Shown here piece by piece: positions 37,900-52,319 of a stretch of 64,000 bases of DNA. This stretch comes from Octopus vulgaris. Lineage: Eukaryota. The DNA is taken from contig OX597818.1 of the NCBI GenBank assembly GCA_951406725.2, positions 73,718,001 through 73,782,000 of the forward strand. The letters are read 5' to 3'. The notes under the pieces were generated by a model. The model had not been told where the DNA came from, searched no databases, and worked only from the letters and a program-made list of their open reading frames with translations. Each line of letters begins with the position of its first letter. Position 1 is the first letter of the stretch. The position numbers were made by a program, and so were the translations under genes.

Positions 37900-38270
37900 C
37901 GTCAAATCGATCAATGTTTTGAAAGAACAGGTTACGCTCTTGAAAGACCCTTTTTGAAACAGTCACCAAATTGTAGTACACTTTGCCTCCAATCGAATTG
38001 GGAAGAATGTCACAACTTTCCATTTTCTCATACTTATAAAACATTCCCTTTTTTTCTATATTAAGTAATTGAAACTGTCGCAAATTTGAAGTTATATAGC
38101 CTTTGTTATTATTCACTTAAGAAATTTTTCCTCGGAACATATTTTACTAATGTCTTTAGCAAACACTTAGATTAACTGTATAACTTCCTATTGAATTTCT
38201 GTCAACAATCCCTGTTCTCAGATCATTTGAAAACGTAAATATTCTATCATTTTCATTAGAGATTCTATAG
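37900..38270 (-). pseudogene. Possible decayed iGluR/IR exon (end of N-terminal domain and start of S1)
   Basis: After the acceptor-like tatttggcag, a single frame reads YRISNEND...MFRGKIS*VNNNKG...LPNSIGGKVYYNLVTVSKRVFQER, resembling Y+IVTV..PF. Four internal stops. Confidence 0.3.
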
Positions 38271-39166
38271 CTGCCAAATAAATGCTATTCAAATTTTGTC
38301 AAATTGCAAAATAGTAAGAATAAATATGTGTACATGAATATATCAGAAAAGAAAATGAATTAATAAATAGACAAAAATGAGAACTTCACTTAATTTCTGA
38401 GGTTGACACAATAACTTACTTTTATTACACTATCTTTGAAACTACGAAACTAATCTGAGCAGAAAAATAATTAAATCCATAACCTAGTCTGAACATTGTG
38501 AAGACATGTCGTTTGCCTTTCAATATCACATCTATAACTTAATTTAATACATTTAAAACACATCTCGAAAGCATTAGTTTATACCGCTTGCGTATATTAA
38601 TAGAAAATATAATTATGTCACTGACAAAGATCAATATACTTTTTTTTTTCAAAGACGTTCGATGGCTTCTTTCGTTGGTTGTTATATTTTCGCGTAGTTT
38701 CATCTTCTTTTGCGTCTTTTATTGTTTCCTTTCGATTTTTCCTGTTTTGTTTATTTTGTAAATTTGTGTATTTTTATTCCTAAAATATATTTGAAGAAAT
38801 CAAATATTGTTATCGATCTGAACTTAAATCGCTTCAATGAAAAGTGAATAGAAAAAAGTAAAAGGGAAAAGTAAAGAAAATATTGCAAACAAAAACGTAT
38901 TAGATTTCTTCTTTGTAGGAAACTGAATGTATTTTTGAAGTTTACGTAAAGATTTCTGTCTCAAATTTATTATTCCTTTTTATAAAAGTTAATGTTACTT
39001 AGTAGACATTAATGTAGCACAGCAGAACCATAATACGGAAAACACTATATGTGTGTGTACATGTGTGTTAGTTTGTATGCATATGTCTATGTATGTATAT
39101 GTATTGGCTGTGTATACATATATATCTATGTATATATATAAATATACATACATACATATATATATA

Positions 39167-39218
<52 letters not shown>

Positions 39219-39219
39219 C

Positions 39220-39295
<76 letters not shown>

Positions 39296-39635
39296 CGATA
39301 TATATTTACAATGTAACTATGTCTATACATATATATGTATATATTCGCCAAGATTATATTAAAGCCCTAACTAAAGAGTAAGCTTTAATGAATTTTAACT
39401 GAGTGGCTCAAAATCCCCTTACTGAGAACCGCTTATCTGAATATATTTATTGTATCCATAGTTATACGAAGGATATATCATAAAAACGTCTGATTTGACT
39501 TCAGATTTTTAAAATCATTCCTTGGTTCTTCGTAGTAATACAACATATGTAGCTTCAGATTTTCTTTATTATTATCATTGTTAATAATCAGTGCATGTAG
39601 TATAAGACCTACTACAAGTAGGTCACTCTAAACTA

Positions 39636-39861
39636 TTGGGTTGGTGCATAATTATTGCGGCTTTTTTCAATAAATTTTATTCAACAAAAACAATAACAAC
39701 ATGTAACAAAAACATTTTTAAATGGTTATTCTGGAGCATATTTGCCATCTACTTCAATTGCTGCTTCCCAAATTGTTTCAAGTTGTTTCTGTTAAATATT
39801 GTTATTGTTTTTGTGGAATAAAAATGTTGAGAAAAGCCGCAATAATTATGCACCAACCCAG
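39636..39861. mobile_element. Mariner-derived MITE (226 bp) with ~29-bp TIRs and TA target duplication
   Basis: TA|ttgggttggtgcataattattgcggcttt ... aaagccgcaataattatgcaccaacccag|TA. The TIR is of the MADE/Hsmar type. Confidence 0.93.
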
Positions 39862-40154
39862 TATTATCATCCTATGAAATTTCGTAATTGTTCTTTACCT
39901 TTTTTTTCTGGGAGGAGGGCAACGTGATCAGCTCCAAACTTAGAATCCTTTTTCTGAGTTAGATCAAAAAAACTGGATGCTAAAAAATTTGTTCGTTTTT
40001 GGGAACAAAATTCATATTTTCACTGAAATAAATATCGTACATAATGTTACTATTACTATAAGCTACTGCCTGACTTACCAAAGACCAATAATCATGAACC
40101 CGGCCAAATTTCCCTCATATAAGCATTGATAAAAAGCATTGAAAATATATTTAT

Positions 40155-41088
40155 ATTAGTAGCTTAAGGTGACCCGCTCTACGCGCGGGTAAGAGTGTGG
40201 TTGTTACTTTCTGTTGCTTTCTTTCTGTTTTTTTATCACCACATTCTCCCTCCTTGTTCCTATCTCCTTTCTCTCTCACTTTCCCATTCTCTTACTCTTC
40301 CTTTCTCTCGGACTCTCCCTCGCTTTCTCTTACTCTCTATCTTTCTCTATCTATCTATCTCCCATTTATAAACAACAAAAATCTTGAGTAAGTTGGGAAA
40401 CAAAATATTTTGAAAGATCAATCATAAATATCAGGCAGTGACAACGGAAAGGTCTGCTTTAGGGCAGAGAGCAAAACACTAACATTTAAAAGGGACAGAC
40501 TTGCGAGCTGAATGAAAATAAAAAAATATTGGAAACCAAAGTTTGAAGGAATAGAATCTGAGGATAGTAGAGTCACCATGGCTGGGATTTCTTAACAACG
40601 GACAGCAACGTAGTGGCAGTTTAACGGCTGGCGTAAAATTTTGAACTTGATGTAAAAGAAAATCCCTAAACACCAAGTTTTGAAGTGATTCTTTCTCATG
40701 ACAGTAGACTCACCAATGCAAGCATTCAAAACTTCTTCATCATGGACGGCAACACATTGAAGATTTAAAGGCTGGCGCACATTTTTTAGCTTGATGTAAC
40801 AGAGAATTCTTAAACACCTGCTCCTGTAAATTTTAATCCCCTTCCAGACCAAGTTAGACCCCTTTTCACATTTTCGTTAATATAACCCGATTCCATTCAG
40901 GTCTACTCGGGACACATTTTATTAGATGATGAATTTTGTCCTAGAGGCCACGCCTTTCATTTGAGGAAAAAATAGTTGTCATGCAAAATTGCCAACACTT
41001 TTAACATAGGTGTGCATATTTTCAGCTCAACCGACCACATAATGCACACATTATATATATATGTATATGTATATATATATATATGTAT

Positions 41089-41120
<32 letters not shown>

Positions 41121-41853
41121 TGGAGTCTCTCTCATACGTGAGTGTTGACGCTGAATTCGACTGGTAAGCAGGTAACCTTGTATTTGTTGAAATAGTTGTG
41201 AGCTGTTGGAGTTATTTCTCTGACGGGTAATAAGAATTTCCATATCCTCCGAACTGTTGACCCAGACAATTAGAATTAATTTTAATAAAAGCATCAATTT
41301 AAGAAAAAATAATAAAGTAGTAAAAAATGAAAATTTGCAGGGTTCTAAATAAATGTTAAAATGTAATAGATACGAAAAACCTACGTTATCACCAGAACAC
41401 GAACGCTCGTTGGTGTGTTCTATTTGTATTTGCTCGATCGGCGTGTTGACAGGTAGACAATAGAATGCGGGCGATGGCGATGGAATATTTGTTTCTCTCT
41501 ATGAATGTAGACAGATACATAAGTGAAATTTATGGGAAGGTAAGAAAGAGAGTGAGTGAACATGTGCTGGGAAGAGAGGAAATAACGAGAGTGAGTGGAG
41601 GAAAACAGATACATTAAATAACGGGAGTGGATTGTCAAAGTTATAAATGAAGGGGAGTTAGAGGGGAATGGAGGAAATAGCGTTAGTGAGGAAGATGGCC
41701 CCTAGCAACCACATAGTGATCTCTAAGATAGCCGACGGGCATCGTCACCTCATTTTACATGTCCCTGTAAGTTTTGGAGCGAATCGGACGGGATGTAGTG
41801 GCATTGAAAGCGAGCCAAGCGTAAAAACGCATTTCAGTTCTATATAGAGAGAT
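40155..41853 (+). mobile_element. Probable non-autonomous Helitron/Helentron-type (DINE-like) element
   Basis: 5' acccgctctacgcgcgggt hairpin; internal ~145-bp diverged tandem repeat (40595-40676 / 40740-40819); 3' aagttttggagcgaatcgg core, gcgt aaaa acgc hairpin and tatatagagagat end. Confidence 0.45.
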
Positions 41854-42977
41854 AAAGTTTGAGAAATACTTATTCAATTGCACGATATGTAATTTTGGTT
41901 CATCGCTGCTAATGGTCTCGACGATATAGATTTATATAACAGACTTGGAGAAATAATTGTCATGTATTCGGCAATTTCCAGGAGTTTTAGAATTGCATTT
42001 CTCTCACTGAATAGATGTTTGTCGATATATTTCATACAATCATACCCCTTATAATCTCTGATGTAACAACTTGTTTACACTCTAAAGAACTGTATCATTT
42101 TCTATTGAATAGCTATATCGCAGTTAAAATTGGTGATGTATTCAATAAGGAATTATTGAATTCATTAGCTATAAGAGTTTCCTACTACTTCCTAAAGTAG
42201 TTACTGGAGTTGCTCTATATTCCCATTTATCTTTATCTCTACGCTTATGGTTTTAGTGCTTTTTCTTCGTACCCTGCATTTTCCGTAAGTTCATTATTTT
42301 TGAGAGGTACTCTGTATTCTATTCGCTTGTTAGATACAGCACTCGTGAGATTAACGCTGTAGGAATTGTCGAAGACTAGCCAATATCTCAGAAATTGTCT
42401 CAATACACACACACACACACACACACATATATATGCACTCTCTCTATCTCTCATTTTATCTCTCTTGTGCTCTTTCACTCTTTCAAACATACACACATAC
42501 ACTGTTATATCTTCGGGGGGGCGGTCATTATGATAATATGAAACACACGCACTCATCATTCTATTTCACTTCAGTCAAATAACAGAACATTTCAGAGATT
42601 AAATAATCGAGTGTTTGATTAATCATTCGCTCCAGCATTTAATCAGCGAAGCTTGTCTGTTCTCTTTCACAGCCATTGATTGAATGACCGAACGAATAAT
42701 GAATCAATCGATCAGATGTTACGATTGATATTTAATTTTTGGCTGAAAATATTTTTAAAAAATGAAATAGAACGACTGCATGCATTTCTTATTGTCATAA
42801 TGACTCACCCGGGACCCAATAAAAGCTGTTTCAACGGACAATTTCACATCAAGTGTCTTGCAGAGTAAATACAAAAGTAATAATTGCATTATCTATTTAC
42901 CTATGTATCTGTCTCTCTCTCTCTCTCTATCTACCTATCTATCTATATATCTATCTCTCTATCTCTCTCTATCTATC

Positions 42978-43008
<31 letters not shown>

Positions 43009-43015
43009 TTATCTG

Positions 43016-43076
<61 letters not shown>

Positions 43077-43544
43077 TTATCTATCTATTTCTCTATCTAT
43101 CTGTGTGTATGTGCGTGCGTGTACACTGATGTTTCCCTTGTCTTATTCCATTTTTCTCTCAGTAAACATCTGATATTTAGAGTACGAAAGCGATACAAAT
43201 ATTTCCATTGACACTGCTCCATTACTGCATTTGAAGCACAGCCATCTTCCTGTTATTCTGACCCTTTTGTTTTTTTAGTTCGTTTCCCTTGACATATCTC
43301 TGCTGGTCCCTCTTCCCTTCTCTCTTCATTTTCTCAGTTGCTCTATTCTCCTGTGCCACCCGTTTCTTCTATCCTACATGAATTTTATTCTCTTCTACAC
43401 TGTAACTCTCCACTCGATTTCTCTCTGTTTTCTATGACACACAGCTCGTCTATTAGTTCTTAATTATTTATTTTATTTGATCTGTTTATGTCCGTATCAG
43501 ATTGTTAGTCTTGCAAACCCTATTACGAATAAGTTTACAGTCTA

Positions 43545-43607
<63 letters not shown>

Positions 43608-43625
43608 ATATGTATATATGGATAT

Positions 43626-43657
<32 letters not shown>

Positions 43658-43751
43658 CGAATAAAAAATGGAGTTAACGCAGGTGTAATCAAATATTTTT
43701 ACTTTCGACACATGTTCCCGTGTTAATTGTTAACAAGGTAAAAATACACTC

Positions 43752-43828
<77 letters not shown>

Positions 43829-43856
43829 TATATACATGTGTGTATATGTATATATA

Positions 43857-45474
43857 ACGAGCAACAATGCACCTGATATTTTCTGTGAGGCAAGTTCAAG
43901 AGATATGCAGAGATGAACAAATGAAAACTATACCAGGTCATCATAGATTTAACTACGGCATTTGACACGGGGAACAGTGAGGCACTGTGGGTTGCTTTAT
44001 GTAAACATGGTTGTCCAACATATTTTGTGAGCATTTTAAGAAACTTCACAGAAATACAAAAGATCAGTTAGGCTTTAATGGTGAGCTATTTCGTGAATTT
44101 TCAGTGGACAACGGTGTCAAGCAAGGAGATATTCCTGCCCCCACAATTTTCTCTATTTATTTTGCTGCATTTCTTTGGTATGCTCTCAAGCATTGAAACA
44201 GGGTAATTGGAATCAGATTTTGGATATCTAGTCGTAATTTTACTTTGGCCCTGTTTAACTGTAAAGCAAAGACTTTCAAAATATTTGTTAGAGTATTACT
44301 TTATGCTGATGCTGCTGATTTGTTGGCACACGCAGAAGGGGATATGCAACATTTTATGGACAGATTTTCCACTGCATGTGTATATTTTGGACTCACAATT
44401 AGTCTGGGGAAAGCCAAAGTAATGTTTACTCCTGTGCCAGGACAAACATATCCTGTACCAAACATTTTTGTGAATGGAACAAGGTTAGAAGTCGTTGATA
44501 CCTTTGTTTGCCTTCGAAGCACACTGTCAAGAGATGGTTGTCTTGATGCTGAGACATACAATGGAATAGAGAAGGGACGTATTGCATTTGGAAAGCTTGA
44601 AAAGTGAGTATAGGTGGATAGAGATATTTCCCTGAAGACAAAAATCAGTGTCTATAAAATGTGTGTATTGACTGCACTTCTTTATTCAACTGAGACATGG
44701 ACCACTTACAAGTGTCAGATGAAAATGCTGGAGAGATTTCATCAGTGCCTCAAAAGTACCTTGGAAGTCAAGTGGGAATGTTTCATGCCAGATACCGAGA
44801 TTTTGTGCATGGCACGTTGTAGCTCAATTGAACAACATATCTTAGCTTAAATGAGATATTATTAGAATGAAAGATGAGTGATTGCCAAAGCATCTTTTTT
44901 AAGGTGAGCTCAATTCTGGTAAGCAGCCACAACATAAGATGATGAAAAGGTATAAAGATTGTGTGAAAGAAACTCTGAAGAAACACAGGACCGGCGGCAA
45001 TGCTGGTAGGAAAGGATGATTCAGCACTCTGAACTTAAAAGGCCCGTCGCAAAGGAAGAAATGGAACTGTAATGAACAGTGAACATTGGATATGTATTAT
45101 ATGTAACCGTGTTAAAAACAGGATACGTGAACCATATGAAGCCACATGAAAATCGTAACGCCCAGATAGGTAAAGATCTTGGACACCAACCACGTCTTAC
45201 AACTTGTGTCATATGCCATAAAACATGTAAGACAATATCTGGACTTAAAAGACTATGCTAGTTCACAAAAACTTTCCTTCAGAATCAGATTCCAAAGGGC
45301 AAAGATATAGAAGAATCTTGAATAATATCGGTCACTTTGTTTTAACCCTGTCAGTAAGTAGTTGGACTTAAAAGTCATCTAAGGGTTCATCAACGGAATG
45401 ATTGTACTCTGTGATGGTGTGTGGTGTGTGTGTAGACGGGACGGTCATCATGTCCCTAGATGAAGCAATCATCA
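43857..45474 (+). mobile_element. 5'-truncated decayed RTE-clade LINE, inserted in (TA)n
   Basis: DLTTAFDT..S.ALW..L.K.GCP, GVKQGDIPAPTIFSIYF, LLYADAADL (YADD mutated), FGLTISLGKAKVM, ISLKTKISVYKMCVLTALLYSTETWTTY, and C-terminal CVICHKTC / GLKSHLRVH zinc fingers. Confidence 0.92.
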
Positions 45475-46404
45475 TATATGTGTGTGTGTGTGTGTACATA
45501 TGTATATGCATGTGTTTTATATCTCGTGCAAGTCAGTATTATTAGCCTAAGATTCTATTTCAGGCCCCGTGATGAGTAAAACAGCAAATCTTGTCATCTT
45601 GAGATATGAAAGACGAACCTGTAATTACGTACGTATGAATGCGTATACTCAGACACACACACACACACTTACATACATACAAACATACATACATACATAC
45701 ATATATATATGAATGTAGGCATTCTTTTGCCTGTATGTATGTGTATATGCATATGTTCTATGTACATATGTATGACCCTCACTATGTGTCTGTCATACTA
45801 TTTCTTTAAATTTCCTTTTCTCTCCTTCAAAATTCCAACACCGATACTCTATAATGTCGCTTCAATTAAATTGTCAAATTAAAGCAAGTTTCTTTGGAAC
45901 TCACTATGTCACATTCAGCAACATTTATTTATATTGAATACGGTTTTAGAAAGCAATTAATATAATGCATCAAATTAAACATGTGTATATATTAAGTGAA
46001 AAAATTGATGTTTAGAGAGGTCTTTTATTAACTCATTTTAAATTAGCTTAACAACAAAGAATACAGAGATTAATTTGAATCAATTTTCTTTTCACATAAT
46101 GTTGAGAAATTGCTTTCTTAAAACGAGGTCAAACGGATAATTCAGAAATTTATGACAGCGTCATTCAATGGCATTTAATTATATGAAACAGAGAAAAGAT
46201 GACGATAAATATAACAGAGAAACTTAGTCTCACAAATATGTTTATAATAGACACGTACACACGCACACACATATATTCATAGATATGTCCCGGATAAAAT
46301 CATTCAGGATCTTATCAGGAGGTCAGCAAGAAAATAAAAGCCTTATAGGGAAATTTTCCAAATATTATATTAATAACAATACACATAATTATGAGAACAG
46401 ATTA

Positions 46405-46696
46405 GCAATATGCCTCGCCACACGCTGAAAATAGACGCCAAATAACGCTAAAACCGGCTTTAAAACTCCTAAAAACACATGTTGTAATCGAGCAAAAAAA
46501 GATAATAAATTAAACTGTTACTTAATCGTGTATAAGATCTCATCTGAAGTTAAAGGTAAAAAAATACTTACTGCTATCATCAGCATCTATATTCCGCAGC
46601 ATAAGTGTACAAGTATTTACAGTCTGTGATTTTAAGTTTGTGAGGTGGTCTTAGCGTCATTTGACGTCTATTTTCATCGCGTGGAGAAGCATATTA
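46405..46696. repeat. Foldback element with ~55-bp inverted arms
   Basis: aatatgcctcgccacacgctgaaaatagacgccaaataacgctaaaacc pairs with ggtcttagcgtcatttgacgtctattttcatcgcgtggagaagcatatt. Confidence 0.85.
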
Positions 46697-47101
46697 ACAA
46701 CCCCTTGTTATAATTACGTATATACTTATCAATATGTATATACATACACAAATATATATATATATATACAAAATAAGAAAATGGAGAAATACACCTTAAT
46801 CAATAATCAACTACCAGATAATACCCAATCATATAATTTATTAAACCACTACATATGAACATCAAGGTCAAACATAATAGTTTGGAACAAAACAATGCAC
46901 ATCATTGAGTAATATGATACAATAACTACTGTATGTATAAGTGATGATAAATAAATAAATACAAATATAAATATAAATATAAGAATTATTTGCATCGCAA
47001 TTCTTAACATTTATGTATTAACTTTGTTGGGTGCTTTACTGGAAGTATATTGGATATATGTTATCCTATGGTGGGTTGCACTCACAACCCCTATCTCAAT
47101 T

Positions 47102-47194
<93 letters not shown>

Positions 47195-48934
47195 CTACAC
47201 ATGCATTTATATGTGTGAGTGCGCATGTGTATGTGTGTATGTTTATTGTTTTTACACAATGGTAAGATGTCTCTACCAATATGGTATTATCTGAGCGAAC
47301 AAATTCTCCTCAGGAACTTTGTGTTAAGCATTACAGCACATCCTGAACGACATTAGAAGGGTTATTCACAGGTATTTTGATTTAATGTTACCGCCGCAGC
47401 AAAGGACACCTCGGTCATTCAAATCTAGTGAGTAATATCTGCTCTTTTAGAATATTCAGCAAACAAGCCTTTTTCGTGTGGGGTTGTAGAGGATTATGGC
47501 ACGCCAAATATTTCATCAGATGGTCAGTTTCAAGACCATTCCACCTTGGTTTAGTACATTTTCATGAATGCTGAAGGAATGAAAATCAAATCTCACTATA
47601 TAGTGAGAGAGAGAGAGAGAGAGAAAGAAACAATGAAAGAAAGGGAGAGAGAGAGAAAGAAATACCCGTATGTAGCACAACACTGCCTACCATAGTCACC
47701 TAACGAATTTCATTCAAAGCTGTCGGCTATTGGCACATGCAATAAATGGTAGTCAGCAGTACTGCTGCTGTTCATTGTAGTATGAAATAACACCTCAATG
47801 TGGAACCTAAAATATAACTTGATTATATAAGAATCTAAAACTGCATATGTCTATCACGCTGCTTAATTTCATAAGACCAAGTAATCTATGTGTAACTTCA
47901 AAGAAGATCACATCATTCTAAATGCTCGTAATCGGCTGTCATTCTATTTTAAATCCATGTTGTTCCAGCAGAAATAGATCCACAGAATTCAGGATCAGGT
48001 CAGTTACCTGCTGAATATATTTTACATGCCTAAAATAGTCTATATCTTAGAATTTTAATATCAAGTTTTCCGCTACACAATTACAAAGAACATATAAATG
48101 CCTCTATGTGTACTCAAGATGTTAGTTTCTCCTTCAGTTAGTTCGTGACTTTCGAACCGCTGAAGCTCGAAGATAAGTGAATAGGAGACTAAACATACCA
48201 GTAATAAAATTGCTTCCCGTGTAAATAGTTAATTAACTGGTTGACGAACAAACAATTCAGGATTCACTTGTTTTCTTCTCTTTGATCATAATCTGTGTTG
48301 ATTAATGATACGGATAATTTTTAACATTACAGCTGATTGAGGCTTCAAAGATAATCCAGCTTTCAACTGAGGAACTTTCAACTGAAGAACTTTTACAGAC
48401 ACAACTAATGTGATTCTATCGAGATAATGATAACAACACTTCCATACACACAGTTATTTAAATACATACTGTCACTCAAATATACACCACCGCACGCGTG
48501 CACACTATAACACAAACACTATGACTCATATGACAAAATGCTGAAGAAATAATTAAGAAGTTTGCTATTTATTTACTCAGTCATATTTAATATAATTAAG
48601 AAACAGCCTTTTATCTATATATCTCATATTTCAACTTAAATACTTTATCTTCATTATGATCTTTATATCACAAGAATCAACATCATTCTAGAATCCTTCG
48701 GAGACAACGACTGATCTTGACATAATGTAATTATTCATGATTTTTCTAAATTAACATCTAATATGTTATTCAAGTCAATATATAGTATTAAATTCTTTAC
48801 GTAATCATTTGTTTCAAGAACAGGCACTCTTTGTAGATGACTTTTCTTTTCATAGATATATTCAAAATATATAATGAAGTTCGATACGTTTTAAAAAATC
48901 CCATAGTTGTTATATCCAAGGAAAGGAAACTGTA

Positions 48935-48972
<38 letters not shown>

Positions 48973-51110
48973 TTTATATCTATACATATATAAATGTATA
49001 TACATATATATATTTCATTGTTACGATCGATGTCAAAATAAAAGAGATATGAACGATATCTAAGAATTGCTCTGCACACTGGGAGATGCATTGTTTCATA
49101 CACCCGTTATGACTTCTTAGCTTCTTTTATTTTTTCTTTCGTTTTCAGTACAATATTATAATTAGTTATGTGACATATCGAGACAACAGATCTTTGTTGG
49201 ATAATATGCATATAATACACAGTTCACTTAATTCAACTTCAGAACTGGGTAGTTGTCTTTAGAAATTCATATGCTTAAAAGGATCTATCAGTTATAAAAT
49301 AACACTCGTGAATTAATAGCAATAAAAATATATATAAAATCCCTGATGTATGGAAATTCATAACTGGACCATTTGGAAGCGAAGGCGAGAGACTTTGAAG
49401 AATTATGTATTATTGGACAGAAAAATTAAATTGATTTTTGTCATGTATTAACATAAAAATAAATTATATTGAAAGGATTCAAGTCGTGACGAGGAATTGA
49501 TTCTTATGATTTTTCCCCTATTTCTTCCATTGCTTTGTTTTTTTATCTGTATAAAAATACGGCATGGATTTTCGCAATCGATAAAAATGAACAGTTTTTA
49601 TTAAAGTGAAAGAAAATTCAATCAGATGTATCACTCGGGGATAATTTACATATTTTATAGCAGAAAAATTAAACGAAAATGAAAACCGTAACAACAAAAG
49701 GATTAAGAAAGTGAATTTTAATGAATATTTAGCCCTAGAGAATTTTAAGAGATAGGTGATATGATGAAGCTTCAAAAAATCAAAAGAAGTTTTTATCGAT
49801 ATGTAAATATATAATATTATGCAATATTGTTTTTTAAAATCTTTTCTAATCATCTATATTACCCATAATACATTTATATAGCATCGGCGTTCTTTTGATT
49901 AAAAAATAAATGTAATTTTACAAATTTTACATTGATTATGCATATAATTCTGTAATGAAAATCTATATTTTATATTTCTTTTCGCAATTATCTGAAAGCA
50001 CTTTTCAAGTTTTAATATTTCCTTTTATTTCGATCAATTTATAACACATCGATTACTAAATCAAATTTTAGTTTTGCTTGCAGATAAAAGATAGATATTT
50101 TTTTCTTTCACACCCCAAGGATATCGCACAAATTCCTTAAATGTTTCTCCATGTACTTTCATTATCCACTCAGTGTTATTACATGAAAATGGAAACGAGT
50201 ACAAAATTACGCTAAATTCAAACTACTATAAGGAAATTCATGCATTGTAAATTATACTAAAGAAATCATACTTGCGTTCTAGTAGCTGCAAATTTCACGA
50301 GGTTTGTATAAAAGGTGTGACGTTCATGCCATTTTGAATGCAATTGCAACATTAGCGACAAAGTAGTTTCAATAGAAAATCGAAGACATTTGGCGCCCAC
50401 GTTTCATCGTGTTCATGTTTCTGACAATGCGAATCTGTACACATTATTCAGATATTGATTTTTTAGTTATGGTTCAAGACCCTATAATTTAAGGGAGAAC
50501 AAGTAGACTATTGTGTCGTTCATGTTGTGCCGTACATGGATTTTAGAATTAGATTCATAGCTGAGACGAAGCTTCTTGCTTTAGAAGTCGACAGTGGCTT
50601 TAACATTCTAATTATCTCCAGTATACACAAATACAAGAAAACGCACATAAACACAATGAAATGTGTGTATATATATATAAACTACAACTGAAAGGCGCCG
50701 ATTTCCAGAACTCAGAGTTGCTCGTTTCTGATCATAAGTTTAGTTTTCATTTCAATATCCATTGTCTGAATATTTTTTGAAGTATGAAATGAACGTTTGG
50801 TGTTCTTCCGTTTACAATCATTGTGAATGACATGCGAAAACGACTGTTTCAACCTCATACCTTTGATTTCATGTCTGATTCTTGTGTTAATAATATAAAC
50901 GTCATAAAATCCAGACAATCGGAGACAGGATTTCCATTGCTGTCTAACCAGTGTTGCACAATACAACATTTAATTAATGATTTTACAAACAATGAGTATG
51001 TATGCAGGTGTTCAATTTGCACGTGTTTATGCAGACACATACATATGTATACACATACACACACATACATATAAAATTACATATTCATGTGTACATGTAT
51101 GTACACACAC

Positions 51111-51141
<31 letters not shown>

Positions 51142-52096
51142 CACACACATACATACATACATACACATATACTTATATACATACACTGGCATATAGAGAC
51201 GCTCACACAAGCATATTAAAATATATAACAATATAACCTATAAATTCTGCGTTTCAAAAATCAGGGGTTTTTTTTATAAGCCAGAACGAAATCCAAGAAA
51301 GCTAGTATTTGCATGACGGATACTTAGCCGCATGCATACAAGGCGCTAACAGTTTATATCTTTTGTGCAAGCTGTCGGAGCCTTACGTCAAAATTCTCAG
51401 ATTTTCGCAGAAATGCCACACTGCATTTTTGATTTAACGCTCCTGATCCTGTAAGGTTGCACATTATCTACAATAGACCAATTACTTTTCAATTCACAAG
51501 GATTTGCCTCACGCAATAATGATATAAACTTCGAGAAAGCCATAACACATATTGTAAAGTTCGAATTCTCTTAGCATGAATTGAAACCACAAAACGATGT
51601 AGCAACACGCCCATAATATTTCCACGAGGAAGATGTATACATAACCTATACATAGACCAACTAACATAAATACTCCATCAAAGCGATAATGCACTACAGA
51701 CATCCAATCTTTAACTTCCAAATGCCAAACTCATAATGCTATCCAGTTCTTTGTGAAGAATTTAAGCAGCAGCATTGTCAATTCTTACTCCCCCACAACC
51801 AGGATCCCTTTGCATTGCTGTTGCTGGTTCGCTTACTCATTCCTAACATCCTCCTCAACATTTTCTTCATTTTCTAGCAACTCGAATCGCTTTCATCCCC
51901 ATTATCACTTTCGTTGTTACTTCTACCTTTTCCTCTCTTCCAAATGTTGTCCTCCATTATTTCATCATTTACATTAAAAGCTTCTCCTTCTCCTCTCCAG
52001 ATCTTCGTTTTATAACATTTCATAACATTCTTATTCCTCATCTACTTTCTCCTTACACTTCTGACCTTCTTTCACCCATAGAAATATATTAACCCA

Positions 52097-52318
<222 letters not shown>

Positions 52319-52319
52319 A

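Noticed and set aside
41180-41297. Signal-peptide-like MLLLKLILIVWVNSS on the minus strand as a possible first exon of the IR fossil
   Set aside because: No good donor site, and it lies inside a probable Helitron-type repeat.
47505-47540. Minus-strand hairpin followed by CTGATGA
   Set aside because: No NUH triplet before the stem and no stem II or GAAA after it.
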